Shown here: positions 60,645 through 64,000 of the stretch, piece by piece
Layout: each line of letters opens with the position of its first letter
How positions within the stretch are numbered: position 1 is the stretch's first letter
Notes under the pieces: generated by a model
What the model was told of the DNA's origin: nothing
Databases searched by the model: none
What the model saw: the letters and a program-made list of their open reading frames with translations, nothing else
Program-made: the position numbers and the translations under genes
IMG/VR virus record: IMGVR_UViG_3300029571_000007
Span: 19,007 to 83,006 of that record
Source: a virus
Taxonomy: Duplodnaviria; Heunggongvirae; Uroviricota; Caudoviricetes
Reading direction: 5' to 3' (one strand)
DNA length: 64,000 bases

Positions 60645-61023
60645 AATACAGGAGAATAATAAAATGGATAAAGATACAAATAAGCGAAATGAACTTAGAA
60701 AACAGTTACAAGCCTTATCAAAGGAGCGAATTATTGAATTATATATTCACTTATTCATGAATTTTGCTAATGATAAGGATGAAACCGATTGGGAAGATAT
60801 TAAATAGAAGAGAACAGATTGCACAAGTTTACCGACCTAAACAATCTGCTCAGAGAATAAAATATAGGATAAACTATATATGTTCTATTATAACAAATCT
60901 ATTTGGCTAATTCAAGCCAGTTTATCCTATAACAATTAGTCTTTTGACTACGGGCTATTTTGAGTCCGAATAGTGAGGATTATATCACTCACTGAAAAGT
61001 ATGTAATTTATATGTAATTTGAA

Positions 61024-61186
61024 GTTTTGGAAGTATATGAAATTACATACTAACAAAATATCTGGCAACAGAGAGGAGATGTTTCAGTTGTTTTGGAAGT
61101 ATAGTTACATACTAGCAAAATTACATAATATGTATCGACACAAGTTATAAATTTTTAGAAGTATATAAAATTACATCTCATTAAAA
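61024..61186 (+). CRISPR. Mini array C: 3 repeats (36, 32, 36 nt; degenerate) with 30- and 29-nt spacers, preceded by leader with anti-repeat
   Basis: R1 GTTTTGGAAGTATATGAAATTACATACTAACAAAAT 61024-61059; S1 61060-61089; R2 61090-61121 (4-nt deletion); S2 61122-61150; R3 ATTTTTAGAAGTATATAAAATTACATCTCATTAAAA 61151-61186. Confidence 0.55.
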
Positions 61187-61286
61187 GAATATATAAATGA
61201 AATTAAAATCAATTCTATTGCGGTAGATTTTACTGCCGAATCGTGAGTGCAATGCAACTCATGAAAATCTATGTAATAAGTTTGAG

Positions 61287-61454
61287 GTTTTAGATACATA
61301 TAAAATTACATAGGTATAAAACAAACCTGTTGAAATTGTTGAAGATATAGAAGTTTTAGATACATATAAAATTACATAGGTATAAAACACTTGCGTTGTT
61401 GTACTTGTAAGCTGTTTAATTTTAGAGATATTTAAAATTACAAAAAATATAAAA
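61287..61454 (+). CRISPR. Mini array A: 3 repeats of 36 nt (third degenerate, overlapping nuclease SD) with two 30-nt spacers
   Basis: R1 GTTTTAGATACATATAAAATTACATAGGTATAAAAC 61287-61322; S1 61323-61352; R2 identical 61353-61388; S2 61389-61418; R3 ATTTTAGAGATATTTAAAATTACAAAAAATATAAAA 61419-61454. Confidence 0.75.
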
Positions 61455-61469
61455 GGAGATTTACAAATT

Positions 61470-62858
61470 ATGGGAAACAATAGAATGACAATTTGTAGAA
61501 AAATTAAATTATTTCCAGTAGGAGATAAGGATGAAATCAATAGAGTATATAACTTTATTAGAAATGGTCAGTATGCTCAATATCAGGCTTGTAACCTGCT
61601 TATGGGACAGCTTATGAGTGAATATTACAAATATAATCGTGATATTAAGAATGAAGAATTTAAGGCAAGACAGAAAGAAATAATGACAAACTCTAATATC
61701 ATATTAAAAGATATTGATTTTGCAACTGGTGTAGACACTCCATCAGCCGTTACTCAGAAAGTCAAGCAGGATTTCAGCACAGCTTTAAAGAATGGATTGG
61801 CTAAAGGTGAACGAACTGTAACAAATTATAAGAGAACTAATCCACTTATTACAAGAGGCAGAAACTTAACTTTTTATCATGAGTATGAAACATATCATGA
61901 TTTTTTAGACAAGATTAATGATTCTGATTTGGCGGTATATGTCAAGTGGGTTAATAAAATTGTATTTAAGGTTGTGTTTGGCAATCCGCATAGGTCATTA
62001 GAGTTAAGATCTGTTATTCAGAATATATTAGAAGAGAATTATAAAGTGCAAGGAAGTAGCATTGAAATTGATGGTAAGTCAATCATTTTAAATCTCTCAA
62101 TATCTATTCCAAAACAACTTAGAGAGCTGGATGAAAATATAGTAGTAGGTGTTGATTTAGGCATTGCAGTTCCTGCTATGTGTGCTTTAAACAATAATCT
62201 TTACGAGAGATTGGCAATTGGAAATGCAGATGATTTTCTAAGAATAAGAACTAAAATGCAAGCTCAGAGAAAAAGATTACAGAAGTCATTACGAAATACT
62301 TCTGGTGGTCATGGTAGAGCAAAGAAACTGAAAGCATTAGAAAGATTGCAGAAAGCAGAAGTACATTTTGTTGAAACATATTGTCATATGATAAGTAAAA
62401 GAGTCGTTGATTTTGCTTTAAAACATAATGCTAAATACATAAATATTGAGAATTTAACAGGATATGATACAAGTGATTTTATCCTGAGAAATTGGAGTTA
62501 TTATAAACTTCAAGATTATATTACATATAAAGCAGCTAAATACGGAATAGAAGTAAGAAAAATCAATCCTTGTTATACATCACAGATTTGTAGTGTATGT
62601 GGTAATTGGGAGTTTGGTCAGAGAAAGTCACAGTCAGTATTTGAATGTGCAAATGAGAATTGTGATAGTCATAAAAAATATGAAAAAACTGGTTTTAATG
62701 CAGACTTCAATGCTGCCAGAAACATTGCAATGTCAACTCTTTGGATGGGAAGTGGACAAGTTACTGAAAAGAGTAAACAGGAAGCAAGAGAATATTATGA
62801 TATCTCTGAAAAATATGAACAAAGTAAGAATGGTTCAGAGAATAATAAAGTAGCTTAA
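61470..62858 (+). CDS. TnpB/Cas12-like RNA-guided nuclease candidate (462 aa), RuvC D-E-D plus zinc finger; compact type V-like effector
   Basis: N-terminal RKIKLFPVGDKDEINRVYNF (TnpB-like WED start); RuvC-I VVGVDLGIAVPAM; RuvC-II KYINIENL; zinc finger CYTSQICSVCGN...FECANENCDSH; RuvC-III FNADFNAARNIA. Confidence 0.8.
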   Translation: MGNNRMTICRKIKLFPVGDKDEINRVYNFIRNGQYAQYQACNLLMGQLMSEYYKYNRDIKNEEFKARQKEIMTNSNIILKDIDFATGVDTPSAVTQKVKQDFSTALKNGLAKGERTVTNYKRTNPLITRGRNLTFYHEYETYHDFLDKINDSDLAVYVKWVNKIVFKVVFGNPHRSLELRSVIQNILEENYKVQGSSIEIDGKSIILNLSISIPKQLRELDENIVVGVDLGIAVPAMCALNNNLYERLAIGNADDFLRIRTKMQAQRKRLQKSLRNTSGGHGRAKKLKALERLQKAEVHFVETYCHMISKRVVDFALKHNAKYINIENLTGYDTSDFILRNWSYYKLQDYITYKAAKYGIEVRKINPCYTSQICSVCGNWEFGQRKSQSVFECANENCDSHKKYEKTGFNADFNAARNIAMSTLWMGSGQVTEKSKQEAREYYDISEKYEQSKNGSENNKVA

Positions 62859-62968
62859 GTGCTACTTAATCAATCGTAAGATTGCAGGTGATTTTGCACC
62901 TGAATGGCGAGGTTGTTAATTAATGGCACTCGTTAGAATCTATGTTAATAGTATCTGTGTGATTTGAG

Positions 62969-63070
62969 GTTTTAGATATGTTTAATTTAACATAGATACA
63001 AAACTACTTTAACCAACAATATACTATGTTCTTTGTTTTAGATATGTTTAATTTAACATAGATACAAAAC
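62969..63070 (+). CRISPR. Mini array B: 2 identical 36-nt repeats with one 30-nt spacer, downstream of nuclease gene, preceded by homologous leader
   Basis: R1 GTTTTAGATATGTTTAATTTAACATAGATACAAAAC 62969-63004; S1 63005-63034; R2 identical 63035-63070. Confidence 0.7.
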
Positions 63071-63342
63071 ACGGTTAAGACAACATTTTACTCAGTAAAA
63101 TGATTATTCAATATATACTACAGAAATGTTGAGATTATCAAGCTAATGGAAGAAAAATATAATACGAAAAGGAGAATAGTTAAATGTCAGTATTTTTTAT
63201 ATTAGTTTTAATAGGATTAATAATTTTATGGTTTCTACTGTCACCTTTATTTGAAAAAATTGGTAAGTTTGTTATCAATGTTATAAATAAAGTATTTTCG
63301 ACAGATGAAATAAATAATAACGAAGAAAAGGAGACAAAAGAA

Positions 63343-64000
63343 TGAAGAAAACAATCGGAGGAGTAGTAACAGTAGTAGTAATTGTTGTTGTAGCAATATT
63401 ATTATTTATGTCAAGTGTGCGTGTACCTGCTGGCTATATTGCCGTACAGTACAGTATGTCGGGTGGAGTAAAAGGCGATATTCTTACACAAGGATGGCAT
63501 TTAAAGTCACCAACTGTAAAAACGACACTTTACTCGGTGAGTCTTGAACAGAGTTATTTAACATCTGGTAAGGACGGAGACTCTAAAGATGATGACAGCT
63601 TTTCAGCGAGTTCATCTGAGGGTAAGGCTATGCAGATAGATCTTACATTTACATATCAGTATAGTCCTGATAAGGTAGCTGATCTATTTACAAGATTTAG
63701 AGGACAATCTGGAAAGGAAGTAAGAGACAGTTTTATTAAACCTAACATTATTTCTTGGACTAAAGAAATTGTTGCTAACTATAAGGTGTCAGATATTCTT
63801 GGTTCTGAAAGAGCAAATGTAAATACAGCATTAACTGATTATCTTAATAAGAAGTTTGAACCATATGGTATAGCGATTAGTAATGTATCATTGATTAATA
63901 TTTCCGTTGATACAAAGACACAGGAAGCTATTAATGCAAAGATTACAGCACAGCAGGCAGCCGAAACTCAGGAAATTAATAATCAGACAGCTATTAATAA
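63343..64000 (+). CDS. SPFH/band-7 (prohibitin/HflC-like) membrane protein, partial (3' end off-window)
   Basis: N-terminal TM segment then VRVPAGYIAVQYSMSGGVKGDILTQGWHLKSP...ISNVSLINISVD typical of SPFH domain; AAGGAGAC SD. Confidence 0.65.

Noticed and set aside
62593-62853. 86-aa plus-strand ORF inside the Cas12-like gene
   Set aside because: Alternative frame within the nuclease gene, whose own frame carries all RuvC and zinc-finger motifs.
60960-63100. Interpretation of the nuclease locus as an ordinary IS200/IS605 insertion (tnpB with LE/RE)
   Set aside because: No tnpA in the window, no subterminal hairpin ends, and the flanks show strict 36/30-nt repeat-spacer periodicity with conserved leaders. 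A domesticated or CRISPR-associated TnpB lineage cannot be excluded without phylogeny.

Overview
AT-rich (about one-third GC) bacteriophage, prophage or phage-plasmid segment of Firmicutes/Clostridia type.

Left arm, bp 1-25,500, transcribed leftward (minus strand):
- A 5'-complete head-module gene (partial), then a portal-sized protein and the large terminase (Walker A AARGQGKT, Walker B CIVVDEF).
- Seven tRNA genes (Ser-TGA, Ser-GCT, Glu-TTC, Met/CAT, Tyr-GTA, Pro-TGG, Asn-GTT) interspersed with two ~0.85-kb ORF-free stretches.
- A tyrosine integrase, an HU-like DNA-binding protein, an amidase_3 endolysin and a metallophosphoesterase.
- A zinc-ribbon protein with an endonuclease-like C-terminus.
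- A 957-aa protein carrying the RNAP-type motif GADFDSD, a candidate YonO-like single-chain RNA polymerase.
- A dCMP deaminase and two adjacent ParB/DUF262-like proteins.

Strand-switch region, 25.5-28.1 kb (ORF-free):
- A ~1.1-kb island almost devoid of cytosine on the plus strand and rich in G-tracts.
- Three tandem near-consensus TTGACA-17-TG-extended -10 promoters, each with a CACAAT-N4-ATTGTG palindrome in the spacer.
- A ~0.9-kb apparently non-coding transcribed stretch ending in a strong rho-independent terminator.

Right arm, 28.1-60.6 kb, transcribed rightward (plus strand): more than 60 mostly small early-type ORFs. Recognisable genes:
- HTH regulators.
- A HigB/HigA-like toxin-antitoxin (TA) pair.
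- A third ParB-like protein.
- An orphan N6-adenine methyltransferase (motifs FYPTP and NPPF).
- An AP2-domain HNH-type endonuclease.
- A second tyrosine recombinase.
- An XRE repressor divergent from a solitary MazF/PemK-like toxin under a perfect consensus promoter.
- A sigma-70-family factor.
- A DUF262 (DGLQR) protein.

Most notable, at 60.96-63.1 kb: a 462-aa TnpB/Cas12-like RuvC nuclease with an intact D/E/D triad and a CxxC..CxxC zinc finger, flanked by three paralogous leader-plus-mini-array modules (36-nt repeats, 30-nt spacers, degenerate terminal repeats). Each leader carries a 9-11-nt segment complementary to its own repeat, with compensatory changes between modules. No cas1, cas2 or cas4 is present. 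This reads as a phage-encoded hypercompact RNA-guided nuclease system without an adaptation module.

The window ends inside an SPFH/band-7 membrane protein gene.
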